A stretch of 52,951 nucleotides of DNA from an uncultured Nitrospinaceae bacterium (lineage in GTDB: Bacteria > Nitrospinota > Nitrospinia > Nitrospinales > VA-1): contig CAZOYP010000001.1 in assembly GCA_964584125.1 (NCBI GenBank), positions 1 to 52,951 of the forward strand, given 5' to 3'. How positions within the stretch are numbered: position 1 is the stretch's first letter; each line of letters begins with the position of its first letter. The position numbers and the translations under genes are program-made. Positions 9,592 through 18,942 of this stretch are shown in pieces. The notes under the pieces are model-generated. The model did not search any database, was not told the origin of the DNA, and saw nothing but the letters and a program-made list of their open reading frames with translations.

Positions 9592-10602
9592 ATGATTGTG
9601 CTCGGGATTGAAAGTTCTTGTGATGATACTTCAGCAGCTGTTTTACAGAACGGTACGGTAGTTCTTTCAAGTGTTATATGTAATCAAAACACTACTCATA
9701 GTAAATATGGTGGGGTAGTTCCAGAGTTAGCAGGACGATGTCATATAGAGTCAATTGATCGTGTGATTAAAAATGCTCTTACACAATCAAAAACTATTCT
9801 TAAACAAGTTGACTTGATTGCCGTAACAGTTGGACCGGGACTGGTCTCGAGCTTACTAGTAGGACTTAATACTGCTAAAGCTTTAGCTTATGCACTGCAC
9901 AAACCTCTTGTTGGTGTTAATCATCTTGAAGGCCACCTGTTAGCTATTTATTTGCAAGAAAAGGTTGATTTTCCATATATAGCTTTGACGGTTTCAGGTG
10001 GGCATACAGATTTATATCGAGTTGATGGGTTTGGAGATTATAAAACTTTAGGTCGCACTCGTGATGATGCTGCTGGTGAATCATTTGATAAGGTTTCTAA
10101 AATGCTCAATTTAGGGTATCCAGGAGGTCCCTTTATTGAGAAAAAAGCTAAACTTGGAAATGCTTTAGCGCACCGGTTTCCAAGAGCTTTTCTAGAAAAA
10201 GATTCCCTAGATTTTAGTTTTAGCGGGCTAAAAACATCTGTTAGAAATATCATATTGAAAAGAGAGGCTGAGGCAATTCCTGTTTTGTCAGACAGTGATA
10301 TAGCTGCCGGATTTCAGGATGCAGTAATTGATATTTTGACTGCTAAAATTGTTTTAGCCTGTAAAAAAGAAAAAATTAATCGAGTCGTTGTCACTGGAGG
10401 AGTAGCGGCCAATAGTGCCTTGAGAAATAGGGTTGCTTTGGTATCTGGTAGCCATGGTCTTAAATGTTTTTTTCCGAAACCAAAATTTTGTACAGATAAT
10501 GCTGCAATGATAGCTTGTGCGGGATATTATAAAAATATTAAGAAACCTATGACTATGAATGAAATACTAAACCTTGATGCAAGCGCTTCTTTAAATCTTT
10601 AG
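9592..10602 (+). CDS. tsaD: tRNA N6-adenosine threonylcarbamoyltransferase TsaD
   Basis: MIVLGIESSCDDTSAAV, VNHLEGH and VSGGHT motifs. Confidence 0.92.
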   Translation: MIVLGIESSCDDTSAAVLQNGTVVLSSVICNQNTTHSKYGGVVPELAGRCHIESIDRVIKNALTQSKTILKQVDLIAVTVGPGLVSSLLVGLNTAKALAYALHKPLVGVNHLEGHLLAIYLQEKVDFPYIALTVSGGHTDLYRVDGFGDYKTLGRTRDDAAGESFDKVSKMLNLGYPGGPFIEKKAKLGNALAHRFPRAFLEKDSLDFSFSGLKTSVRNIILKREAEAIPVLSDSDIAAGFQDAVIDILTAKIVLACKKEKINRVVVTGGVAANSALRNRVALVSGSHGLKCFFPKPKFCTDNAAMIACAGYYKNIKKPMTMNEILNLDASASLNL

Positions 10603-10701
10603 TCAGCGACTAAGATTACTTGGCTAATACAATAAATTTAACTCCCCTATTAGTACCCCTTTGTTTAAGTATCAAACTTAACCTTATTATCAATAAATTT
10701 T

Positions 10702-11700
10702 ATGAAAGTTTTAATAACAGGAGGTGGTGGGTTTCTCGGTCGTTCTCTTGCGATAAAACTTTTTGATTTAGGGTATGAAGTAACAATTTTAGGAAGACAA
10801 TCATATCCAAAGTTAGAAAATATATTTTCTTGCATTAAAGCTAACGTCCAAGATGCTTCTGCTGTGATTAAGTCATTAGAATGCCAAGAAGCAGTATTTC
10901 ATACAGCTGCAATCCCTGGAATATGGGGAGACTATAATGATTTTTATAAAACGGATGTTCTGGGAACTAAAAATATAATATTGGCCTGCCAGAAAAATAA
11001 AGTTAAAAAACTTATTTATACTAGCTCACCTAGTGTTATTTTTGGCCAAAATAACCTAGAGGGGGTTGATGAGAAAACCCCCTATCCAGATGAATATCTG
11101 TGTCATTACTCTAAAACAAAAGCCATAGCTGAACAAATGGTTATTGATGCAAATGCGAATGAGGGTTTAGCTACTGTTTGCGTTCGACCTCACTTGATAT
11201 GGGGACCAGGTGACCCTCACTTACTACCACGCATTGTCAAACGAGCTAAAAGTAAAAAACTTATCCAAGTTGGAGAGGGTACAAATTTAGTAGATATGAT
11301 TTACATAGACAATGCGGTTGAAGCACATGTTAAGGTTTTAGAAAAGCTCGAAATTACTAGTCCTGTTGCAGGAAACTGCTATTTTGTGAGCGATGACAAG
11401 CCAATATTATTATGGGACTGGATAGCGTTGGTATTAAAGGAATTGAAATTGCCTGGTATAACTAAAAAAGTTTCGTTTAAATACGCTTTTTTTCTAGGCC
11501 GAATATTAGAGTTTTTTTATAAAGTATTCCACATTAAAAAAGAACCTCTAATGACAAGATTTCTGGCTACACAACTTGCCAAGTCTCACTACTTTGACAT
11601 AACACAGTCAAAAAAAGATTTTGGTTATAAACCAATAGTAACAAATGAGGAAGGAATCAAACGTTTGGTTAAGGATTATTTTTTTCGCCAAGAATATTAA
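10702..11700 (+). CDS. NAD-dependent epimerase/dehydratase, 3-beta-hydroxysteroid dehydrogenase-like SDR
   Basis: Rossmann motif (ITGGGGFLG), an extended-SDR YxxxK (YSKTK) and a layout like the 3beta-HSD family. Confidence 0.75.
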   Translation: MKVLITGGGGFLGRSLAIKLFDLGYEVTILGRQSYPKLENIFSCIKANVQDASAVIKSLECQEAVFHTAAIPGIWGDYNDFYKTDVLGTKNIILACQKNKVKKLIYTSSPSVIFGQNNLEGVDEKTPYPDEYLCHYSKTKAIAEQMVIDANANEGLATVCVRPHLIWGPGDPHLLPRIVKRAKSKKLIQVGEGTNLVDMIYIDNAVEAHVKVLEKLEITSPVAGNCYFVSDDKPILLWDWIALVLKELKLPGITKKVSFKYAFFLGRILEFFYKVFHIKKEPLMTRFLATQLAKSHYFDITQSKKDFGYKPIVTNEEGIKRLVKDYFFRQEY

Positions 11701-12436
11701 TTTTATGTGCAATACAGCCAGCACCAAATCCATTATCAATATTTACTGTAGCTACACCTGTAGCACAACTGTTTAGCATGGTTAGTAATGCCGAAAGACC
11801 ATTAAACGATGCTCCATAACCAATGCTAGTTGGAACCGCTATCACAGGACAGCTAACCAGTCCTGCTACTACAGCAGGTAGGGCCCCATCCATTCCCGCA
11901 ACTACTATAATCACTCGTGCGTTGCGCAGTATATTTATTTTGTCTAATAATCGATGAATACCTGCAACTCCTACATCATAAATTTTTTCTGTTTTGCTTC
12001 CAAAAAGTTCGGTCGTGATTCTGGCTTCTTCAGCTATTGGAATATCTGAGGTTCCCGCAGAAAGAATTGTAATGTGACCTACCTTATTATTTTTCTTTTT
12101 TTGGTTTATAACCAAAGTTAAAGAAATATCATCATAGGCGCTACCTAAAGGAAGGTCCTTTCTAATATTCTTATATCTATCAAAACCAAGTTTTGTTACA
12201 AGAACATCATTTTTTGATTGATATACGGATTTAATAATTGATATCAACTGATCTTGAGTTTTATCTTTCCCATAAATAACTTCTGGCAAACCATTTCTTA
12301 ATGACCGATGGTGATCAATTTTAGCAAAGTCAAGATTTTCATAAGGGAGGGTAGCAATTTGTTTAATCACGTCTTTTGGACTTATTTTTTGATCATATAA
12401 ATCACAAAGAATTGCTTCTAGCTTTATTTTATCCAT
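11669..12436 (-). CDS. larB: nickel-pincer cofactor biosynthesis protein LarB (PurE-like carboxylase/hydrolase)
   Basis: N-terminal extension plus a PurE-like core (ILSAGTSDIPIAEEA, VAGMDGALPAVVAGL, PVIAVPTSIGYG). Its start shares one nt with the gpsA stop (TGATG). Confidence 0.8.
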   Translation of the reverse strand: MDKIKLEAILCDLYDQKISPKDVIKQIATLPYENLDFAKIDHHRSLRNGLPEVIYGKDKTQDQLISIIKSVYQSKNDVLVTKLGFDRYKNIRKDLPLGSAYDDISLTLVINQKKKNNKVGHITILSAGTSDIPIAEEARITTELFGSKTEKIYDVGVAGIHRLLDKINILRNARVIIVVAGMDGALPAVVAGLVSCPVIAVPTSIGYGASFNGLSALLTMLNSCATGVATVNIDNGFGAGCIAHKINILGEKNNP

Positions 12437-13455
12437 CAGATCCCCCTTACGCCAATGAATTCAGAGGTAGTCTTGATTTGCATTAAATCTTTTAGTGCCT
12501 GATAGGGAGATTTCTCCTCATAGATGACCTTATAAGTCTCATCAATTATAGAAGCCTGTATATTTAATTTCGACTTAAGAGCATAAGCTGATTTAAGGGT
12601 GAGGACACCCTCAACGGCAACCTGCATATCATTGGTTATATCTTGAGGCTTTTCGCCTTGCCCAACTCTTATTCCAAACTGCCTATTACGACTAAGTTCA
12701 CCCGTACAGGTTAGGATTAAGTCTCCTAATCCAGAGAGGCCAAAGAAAGTTTCAGGTTTTGCTCCAAGGGCTGTTCCAATTCTAGATATTTCAACTAACC
12801 CTCTAGTTATAATAGCAGCTCTCGCATTATGGCCAAATTTAACTCCATCGGAAATACCTGTCGTTATTGCCATGATATTTTTTAAAGCTCCTCCAATTTC
12901 AACTCCGATAGGATCATCGCTTGTGAAAACCTTTAAAGATGGAGTTGAAAAAATTGATTGGACTTTATCAGAGATAACTTTTTTCTCGGAGGCCACCACA
13001 ATTGCTGAAGGGTTCCCTTTGGCAACTTCCATGGCAAAGGTAGGGCCAGATAATGTTACAAAAAATGAGGTGACGGGTAGTACTTCCTTGAATATTTCTT
13101 GTATTCTATATAATGATCCTGTTTCTATCCCTTTCCCGGCATTAATAATAATGGTATTTGGTTTTAGAATTAATGCTAACTTTTTAGCTATATTTCTAAC
13201 ATAACTTGTTGGAACTACCATCAGAACAACGTCATTTTCTCCAATCGCTTCTTCAAGTGAATTTGTGGGATGTATGAGGTCTGGAAGAGTTAAACCTGGT
13301 AAGAATATTGAGTTTTCTTTTGTTTCTTTTATTTGTTCACATAATATATTTTCATATACCCACAGATTAACTCTATAGCCTTTATTAGCAAAATGTAAAG
13401 ATAAGGCTGTTCCCCAACTTCCGGCACCGATTATTGCAATAGATTGATTTGGCAT
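12436..13455 (-). CDS. gpsA: NAD(P)H-dependent glycerol-3-phosphate dehydrogenase
   Basis: IAIIGAGSWGTALS dinucleotide fold, and GALKNIMAI and GLGDLILTC motifs. Confidence 0.92.
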   Translation of the reverse strand: MPNQSIAIIGAGSWGTALSLHFANKGYRVNLWVYENILCEQIKETKENSIFLPGLTLPDLIHPTNSLEEAIGENDVVLMVVPTSYVRNIAKKLALILKPNTIIINAGKGIETGSLYRIQEIFKEVLPVTSFFVTLSGPTFAMEVAKGNPSAIVVASEKKVISDKVQSIFSTPSLKVFTSDDPIGVEIGGALKNIMAITTGISDGVKFGHNARAAIITRGLVEISRIGTALGAKPETFFGLSGLGDLILTCTGELSRNRQFGIRVGQGEKPQDITNDMQVAVEGVLTLKSAYALKSKLNIQASIIDETYKVIYEEKSPYQALKDLMQIKTTSEFIGVRGI

Positions 13456-13650
13456 ATTTAATTAAAATTAAAAAATAAATAATTCATGTTATATTTCTTA
13501 TAAGGCTTAATTAGATAAAATCTTAAAAAATGAAGTGATAATGATTTTTCATGTATATCTTAGGAAAAAAACTACCGTATTATAATGATTTAGAAAAAAT
13601 ATTTATATTTAAATTTTTATCTATTATCGATTTTTGGAGATTCAATTAAC

Positions 13651-14325
13651 ATGGCTAAAACTGTAAGAGTACGTCGTAAGGACATAATTCAACCAGATCA
13701 GTTTATATCAACTACCGATGTCATAATAGCCTATTGCTCTAAACATAAAGCAAAAATGATTTTTTTAATTGTATCCTTATTTTTGACTTTTTTTTTAGGT
13801 TTATTGCTTAAGCATAATCATGAACAAAAAACCCTTAAAATGGAGTCATTATATTTTCAGGTGGAGCAAGCAAAATCTTCAAAAGAAACCATTTCTGATG
13901 ATAAATTTAAAAAAATGAGGCTTCTTTTAGAAGAATTTAGCGACGGATCTCAAAAACAAAGAGCGCTATTGATAATTGCTGATGAATTTTTTAATAGTGG
14001 TGACTATGAATCGGCTATTAAGTTTTATCAGGTAATTTTGAATGATTCTCCCTTATCTTTTAATCAGCAACTAGCTAATATTGGGATAGCTTATTCGTTT
14101 GAAGCGAAAGAAGACTATAATAATGCTATTAAGGCTTATAAATCCGTCATTGAGTATCCCGATGATTACCCCTTATTTGATGTCTACATGGCTTTGGCGC
14201 GTTGTTATGAACTAAATAGTCAAGTAAATGAAGCCATTTTGATATTTAGAGAAATGAAAATTAAATTTCCAGGTAATCCAAAAATTAAAATTATTAATTC
14301 AAAAATTAAAAAACTCGATATTTAA
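13651..14325 (+). CDS. membrane-anchored TPR protein (YfgM-like)
   Basis: Short cytoplasmic N-terminus, a single TM helix (IFLIVSLFLTFFLGLLL), then TPR-like repeats (GDYESAIKFYQ..., EDYNNAIKAYK...). Confidence 0.6.
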   Translation: MAKTVRVRRKDIIQPDQFISTTDVIIAYCSKHKAKMIFLIVSLFLTFFLGLLLKHNHEQKTLKMESLYFQVEQAKSSKETISDDKFKKMRLLLEEFSDGSQKQRALLIIADEFFNSGDYESAIKFYQVILNDSPLSFNQQLANIGIAYSFEAKEDYNNAIKAYKSVIEYPDDYPLFDVYMALARCYELNSQVNEAILIFREMKIKFPGNPKIKIINSKIKKLDI

Positions 14326-14331
14326 TTTTTT

Positions 14332-15414
14332 ATGTATACACCTTTTCTTCAATTTTTACGCAATTTATTGAATAAAATAAATTTTTTGATATTTTGGCTT
14401 ATTTTAATTTTTCTTTTTAGTTCGATCTTTGTTTTGCCAGCTTCTTCGATACCATTTATTTCCAAAAAAAGGGAAGTAGAAATCGGTCATACCGCTGATA
14501 AACAAATAGTTCTTCAGTTTGGAATTTATCAAGATAAAGCTTTGCAGTTATATATAAATGCGATTGGACAGAAGCTAGTTGCTAAGCTTACAAATAAAGA
14601 ATTTAAAAAATATTATTTTAAATTAATTGACAGTTCTGAGATTAATGCATTTGCTTTGCCAGGAGGTTATGTATACGTTACAAGAGGATTGCTTGCCGCG
14701 CTGAATAACGAATCTGAGTTGGCCTCAGTTATTGGCCATGAAATAGCTCATGTTCAATTTCATCACGGTGCAAAAAATATGATCAGGTCTATAGGTGCTC
14801 AAATATTTGCTATAGGAGGGGCTATAGCAAGTCCTAAAAATGTTGGCAAATGGCTGACAATAACTAGTGCCATATCCCAACAAATAAATATGGGATATGG
14901 TCGTGACGCAGAAATAGAATCTGATTCACAGGGTATGATGATTTCTTTTGAGGCGGGTTATCATCCTTTTGCTATGGTAAGCTTTTTAAAAAACCTTAGA
15001 AATCAGGAAATTATGAGTGGTCAAGCTTATCATAGTTTTCGTGCCAGTCATCCAGAAACAAAAGAACGTATTCTGAAAGCGGGGTTATTTGCATCATCTT
15101 TATCCAAAAAAAATACTAATTTTATAGATAACCAAAGAGTATACTTGCAAAAATTACATGGATTAACTTATGGAGGGAAAAGACATATTAAGGATAAGCG
15201 TAAGTATAAACCTAAGTATTTGGAGATATACAAAGTTCGAAAAGGAGATACTCTAACTAGTATTTCTAATAATATTTATAATGACGAAAGACGTGCTTAT
15301 GAAATAGCGGTTATGAATGGTTTGAAAGAAAATGTTAATCTTAAAAAAAACTCCCTATTAAAGGTTATTAGAAAAGGCGTGTATTCTGAAGAAAAAAAAC
15401 TTATGCCTAACTAG
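14332..15414 (+). CDS. M48-family zinc metalloprotease with a C-terminal LysM domain
   Basis: Signal/anchor sequence and HEIAH zinc motif (VIGHEIAHVQFHHG). The LysM-like segment YKVRKGDTLTSISNNIY...AVMNGL...LKKNSLLKV spans about 15224-15366. Confidence 0.8.
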   Translation: MYTPFLQFLRNLLNKINFLIFWLILIFLFSSIFVLPASSIPFISKKREVEIGHTADKQIVLQFGIYQDKALQLYINAIGQKLVAKLTNKEFKKYYFKLIDSSEINAFALPGGYVYVTRGLLAALNNESELASVIGHEIAHVQFHHGAKNMIRSIGAQIFAIGGAIASPKNVGKWLTITSAISQQINMGYGRDAEIESDSQGMMISFEAGYHPFAMVSFLKNLRNQEIMSGQAYHSFRASHPETKERILKAGLFASSLSKKNTNFIDNQRVYLQKLHGLTYGGKRHIKDKRKYKPKYLEIYKVRKGDTLTSISNNIYNDERRAYEIAVMNGLKENVNLKKNSLLKVIRKGVYSEEKKLMPN

Positions 15415-15616
15415 GGTTCAGTTTTCTGTTGGGCACATAATTCATGCTCTAAAAAATTCATAAAATTAATTTTAGTTCTAAGCGTATTGTGTGTAATAGA
15501 CTCTAACCATATGCGATGATGCGTACTTTGAATATTAAGAGGTGTTGATGCAGAATATCTTGAGAAATATTAAAAAAGGCTCGGATAGTGATTTCTGAAT
15601 TAATACGTTTTTAAAA

Positions 15617-15655
15617 AGCCAAGGCTATTAATAAAGCCTTGGCTTTTTATTTTTG
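15617..15655. terminator. bidirectional rho-independent terminator between the convergent M48 and aconitase genes
   Basis: AGCCAAGGCT-N8-AGCCTTGGCT is a perfect 10-bp stem. It is flanked by an A-run upstream and TTTTTATTTTT downstream, so there is a U-tract on both strands. Confidence 0.8.
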
Positions 15656-15664
15656 TAAGTCTTT

Positions 15665-17920
15665 CTATTTTTGAGATCCAACATAGTTCAGAGCAGAGCC
15701 ATGATAAAACCACTGGATCTCTTGGTCATTTAGAGTATGACCAACAATAATTTCTTCAGCATTTCCCTCGTCATGATTAAGTTGAATAGACAATGATCCT
15801 CCAGGTTTTAATGTATCTAATCCTGAAATTGAAATTCTATCTTTTTCCTGTATTTTTTCAAAATCGTCCTTGTTTTTAAAAGTTAAAGGTAATATTCCTT
15901 GTTTTTTAAGGTTTGCTTCAAAAATTCTAGCATAGGATTTTGCTATAAATGCTCGGCAACCCATATGGCGAGGTTCCATTGCGGCATGCTCCCGACTGGA
16001 TCCTTCTCCTATATTTTCATCACCGACCGCTACCCAACCAAGACCTTCATCCTTGAGACACCTAGCAATTTTATTAATCTCAAGATCCTTTTCTCCTGAA
16101 ATAGGGTTATTACCGGTTCCTGTTCCCCCAGTAAAAGCATTTGTCGCCCCTAGAAACATATTGTTACTAATATTATCAAGATGACCACGAAACTTGAGCC
16201 ACGGACCAGCTTGGGAAATGTGATCCGTAGTACATTTGCCCTGAGCCTTTATTAATAAAGGAAGATCTTTGTAGTCTTTTATAGGATCGTGTTTAGGAAA
16301 TGGCTCAAGAAATGCTAGGCGTTCACTGGAAGGATTAATAACAACTTCGCCTGTTTTAGTTGGCTCTTCATAGCCACTATCTTTTGAAGAGTATCCATTT
16401 GTAGGTAAAACATTTCCTGAAGGTGGATTAAATTTAAAGTTATTACCATCTTTATCTTTTAATGAGTCTGTTAATGGATTAAATTTCATTGATCCACTAA
16501 AAGCCATAGCCACAACTAATTCTGGACTACTTATGAAGCCTAGTGTTTCCGGGTTCCCATCATTACGTTTTGCAAAATTACGGTTATAAGAAGTAAGAAT
16601 GCTATTAGCCTCTCCTTTTTGTTTATCCTCTCTCTTCCACTGGCCAATACAAGGACCACAAGCGTTAGCTAAAACGGTTGCTCCAACATCTTCAAATTCA
16701 GCTAATATTCCATCTTGCTTAATGGTTTCATATATTTGTTCAGAACCAGGAGTTACAAGAAAATTAGATTTAACTCTAAGACCAGCAGCTTTAGCTTGAC
16801 GGACCAAACTTACAGCACGAGTCATATCCTCATAACTTGAATTTGTGCAAGATCCTATAAGAGCTGCTGAAAGTTCTTCTGGATATCCTTTCTCATCAAC
16901 TTCGGAGGCCATAGTTGATATGGAACGTCCAAGGTCTGGTGTATGAGGGCCTACAATATGAGGCTCCAATTGATCTAGGTCAATTTCGTGGTATTCATCA
17001 TAAAATTTTTCAGGATTATTTTCCACTTCAGGATCTGATTTAAGATGGCTCGCATATTTTTGACATAGATCAGCAATTGGAGCACGATTAGTTGCTCTAA
17101 GGTATGGATCCATTTCATCATCGTAACCAAAAGTAGATGTCGTAGCTCCGATTTCAGCACCCATGTTTGTAACTGTTCCTTTTCCCGTAGCGCTTAAAGA
17201 TCGGGCTCCTTCACCAAAATATTCAATAATTTTACCAGTACCACCTTTTACAGTTAACATAGTAGCAACTTTTAAAATTATATCTTTTGAGGCGGTCCAC
17301 CCATTTAATTTGCCCTTGAGTTTTATTCCAACAATTTTTGGCATTTTCGTGGTGAATCCTTGTCCAGTCATAGCATCTACCGCATCGGCTCCACCAACGC
17401 CAATAGCAATTACTCCCAAACCACCTGCATTAGGCGTATGAGAATCAGTACCAATCATCATTGTTCCTGGAACAGCATAGTTTTCGTAAACAACTTGGTG
17501 AATAATACCTGAACCAGGTTTCCAAAATCCCATATTATATTTCATCGCGGCCGATCTCAAAAAATCATAGACTTCCTTATTGAGATCTTCTGCGGCTACC
17601 AAGTCTTTATCAGCGCCTACGTATGCTTGAATCAAATGATCACAGTGAACAGTACTCGGTACTGCAACTTCAGGAATTTTTGCAGACATAAATTGAAGAA
17701 TTGCCATTTGTGCAGTTGCATCTTGCATGGCAACTCGATCGGGCTGAAGAACAATATCAGATGTCCCTCGTTCTAGTTTCGAATAGTCACAATCTGCCAT
17801 ATGACTGTATAAAATTTTTTCAACGACAGTAAGGGGTCTACCTAAATTTTTACGAGCTGTTGCATGTTTTTGTTCAAGAGAACTAAAAAGGTTTTCAATT
17901 GGTCCTGTTTTCAGTAACAT
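15665..17920 (-). CDS. aconitate hydratase, short (about 750 aa) mitochondrial-type
   Basis: Near-continuous similarity to eukaryotic ACO2 as I remember it: PDRVAMQDATAQMA, VPSTVHCDHLI, GTDSHTPN, IGSCTNSSYEDM, NACGPCIGQW, SYNRNF, GKCTTDHIS, GEGSSREHAA. Confidence 0.92.
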   Translation of the reverse strand: MLLKTGPIENLFSSLEQKHATARKNLGRPLTVVEKILYSHMADCDYSKLERGTSDIVLQPDRVAMQDATAQMAILQFMSAKIPEVAVPSTVHCDHLIQAYVGADKDLVAAEDLNKEVYDFLRSAAMKYNMGFWKPGSGIIHQVVYENYAVPGTMMIGTDSHTPNAGGLGVIAIGVGGADAVDAMTGQGFTTKMPKIVGIKLKGKLNGWTASKDIILKVATMLTVKGGTGKIIEYFGEGARSLSATGKGTVTNMGAEIGATTSTFGYDDEMDPYLRATNRAPIADLCQKYASHLKSDPEVENNPEKFYDEYHEIDLDQLEPHIVGPHTPDLGRSISTMASEVDEKGYPEELSAALIGSCTNSSYEDMTRAVSLVRQAKAAGLRVKSNFLVTPGSEQIYETIKQDGILAEFEDVGATVLANACGPCIGQWKREDKQKGEANSILTSYNRNFAKRNDGNPETLGFISSPELVVAMAFSGSMKFNPLTDSLKDKDGNNFKFNPPSGNVLPTNGYSSKDSGYEEPTKTGEVVINPSSERLAFLEPFPKHDPIKDYKDLPLLIKAQGKCTTDHISQAGPWLKFRGHLDNISNNMFLGATNAFTGGTGTGNNPISGEKDLEINKIARCLKDEGLGWVAVGDENIGEGSSREHAAMEPRHMGCRAFIAKSYARIFEANLKKQGILPLTFKNKDDFEKIQEKDRISISGLDTLKPGGSLSIQLNHDEGNAEEIIVGHTLNDQEIQWFYHGSALNYVGSQK

Positions 17921-18147
17921 GATGTCTCCTCTGTATCATAATAAAGGACAGCTTGATGTCCTGATTGTATGAGAGTTCAAAGTAGAAATATATTTATAAT
18001 TATAAAAATGACTGATTTTCAGGGTGGCATCTTTCCATGTTTCTAAATAAAATTCAATTTTTTTTAAGATTTTAATAATAATTGTTTTAAAAGCTACTAA
18101 TCGCTTTTTAAATCAATAGTTTAAACATATAAATTTAAAGTCATTTT

Positions 18148-18912
18148 ATGTCTTCAATTTTTGATTCCAATCAATTTAATCAAAATTTATTTTTTCCACG
18201 TTCAGATAATTCTGCTACTCCTAATAACGCAGAAGACATTTTTATTGAAGTTGAAGGAAACTGCAAAATTCATGTTCGCGTTTATCGCAATTTAAATTCC
18301 AGATTTAGTATTCTTTTTTTTCATGGTAATGGTGAAATTATTTCGGATTATAATGACATAGCAAAATATTTTTTAATGCTTGACTGCGAGTTTACTGTTT
18401 GTGATTTTAGAGGATATGGTAAAAGCGATGGGGTTCCAACTCTAAGGTCAACTCTTATAGATGCTTCTATAACCTATTGTTATCTTAGAGATAAAAAAAT
18501 TTTAAAACCAAAAACATGTGTGATGGGACGCTCCCTTGGAAGTGCTCCAACTATAGAACTTTGTGCTCGGTTCTCAGATATTAAATGTGGTGTTATTGAA
18601 AGTGGGTATGCGGACCCTATACCGCTTGTACAAAGACGAGGATTAAATATTACTCAGATATCACCAGAAGAAAATGCGTTATTTAATAATAGTGAGAAAA
18701 TTCGATTGGTAAAATGTCCAATTCTAATAATGCATGGGGAGTTTGATTCTTTGATTCGCCCTGAAGAAGCTATACTAAACTATGAAAATGCTTCTTCTAT
18801 TATTAAAAAGATAGATATATTAAAAGGAGTAGGGCACAACGATATGATGATGGCTAAGGATAATGCATATTTTGCTAGTTTATCGACATTTTTTGATCGA
18901 GTATTTAGTTAA
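18148..18912 (+). CDS. alpha/beta hydrolase (BEM46/ABHD13/17-like layout)
   Basis: FFHGNGE, CDFRGYGKSDG, nucleophile elbow GRSLG, MHGEFDSLI and GVGHND. Confidence 0.75.
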   Translation: MSSIFDSNQFNQNLFFPRSDNSATPNNAEDIFIEVEGNCKIHVRVYRNLNSRFSILFFHGNGEIISDYNDIAKYFLMLDCEFTVCDFRGYGKSDGVPTLRSTLIDASITYCYLRDKKILKPKTCVMGRSLGSAPTIELCARFSDIKCGVIESGYADPIPLVQRRGLNITQISPEENALFNNSEKIRLVKCPILIMHGEFDSLIRPEEAILNYENASSIIKKIDILKGVGHNDMMMAKDNAYFASLSTFFDRVFS

Positions 18913-18942
18913 CTTATTTATTTTAGTTATTTGGGGTTTTTA

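Noticed and set aside
15548-15598. A 16-codon ORF (MQNILRNIKKGSDSDF) with AAGAGGTG upstream, in the M48/aconitase spacer.
   Set aside because: The SD-to-ATG spacing is only 3 nt, the peptide is featureless, and I cannot test conservation.
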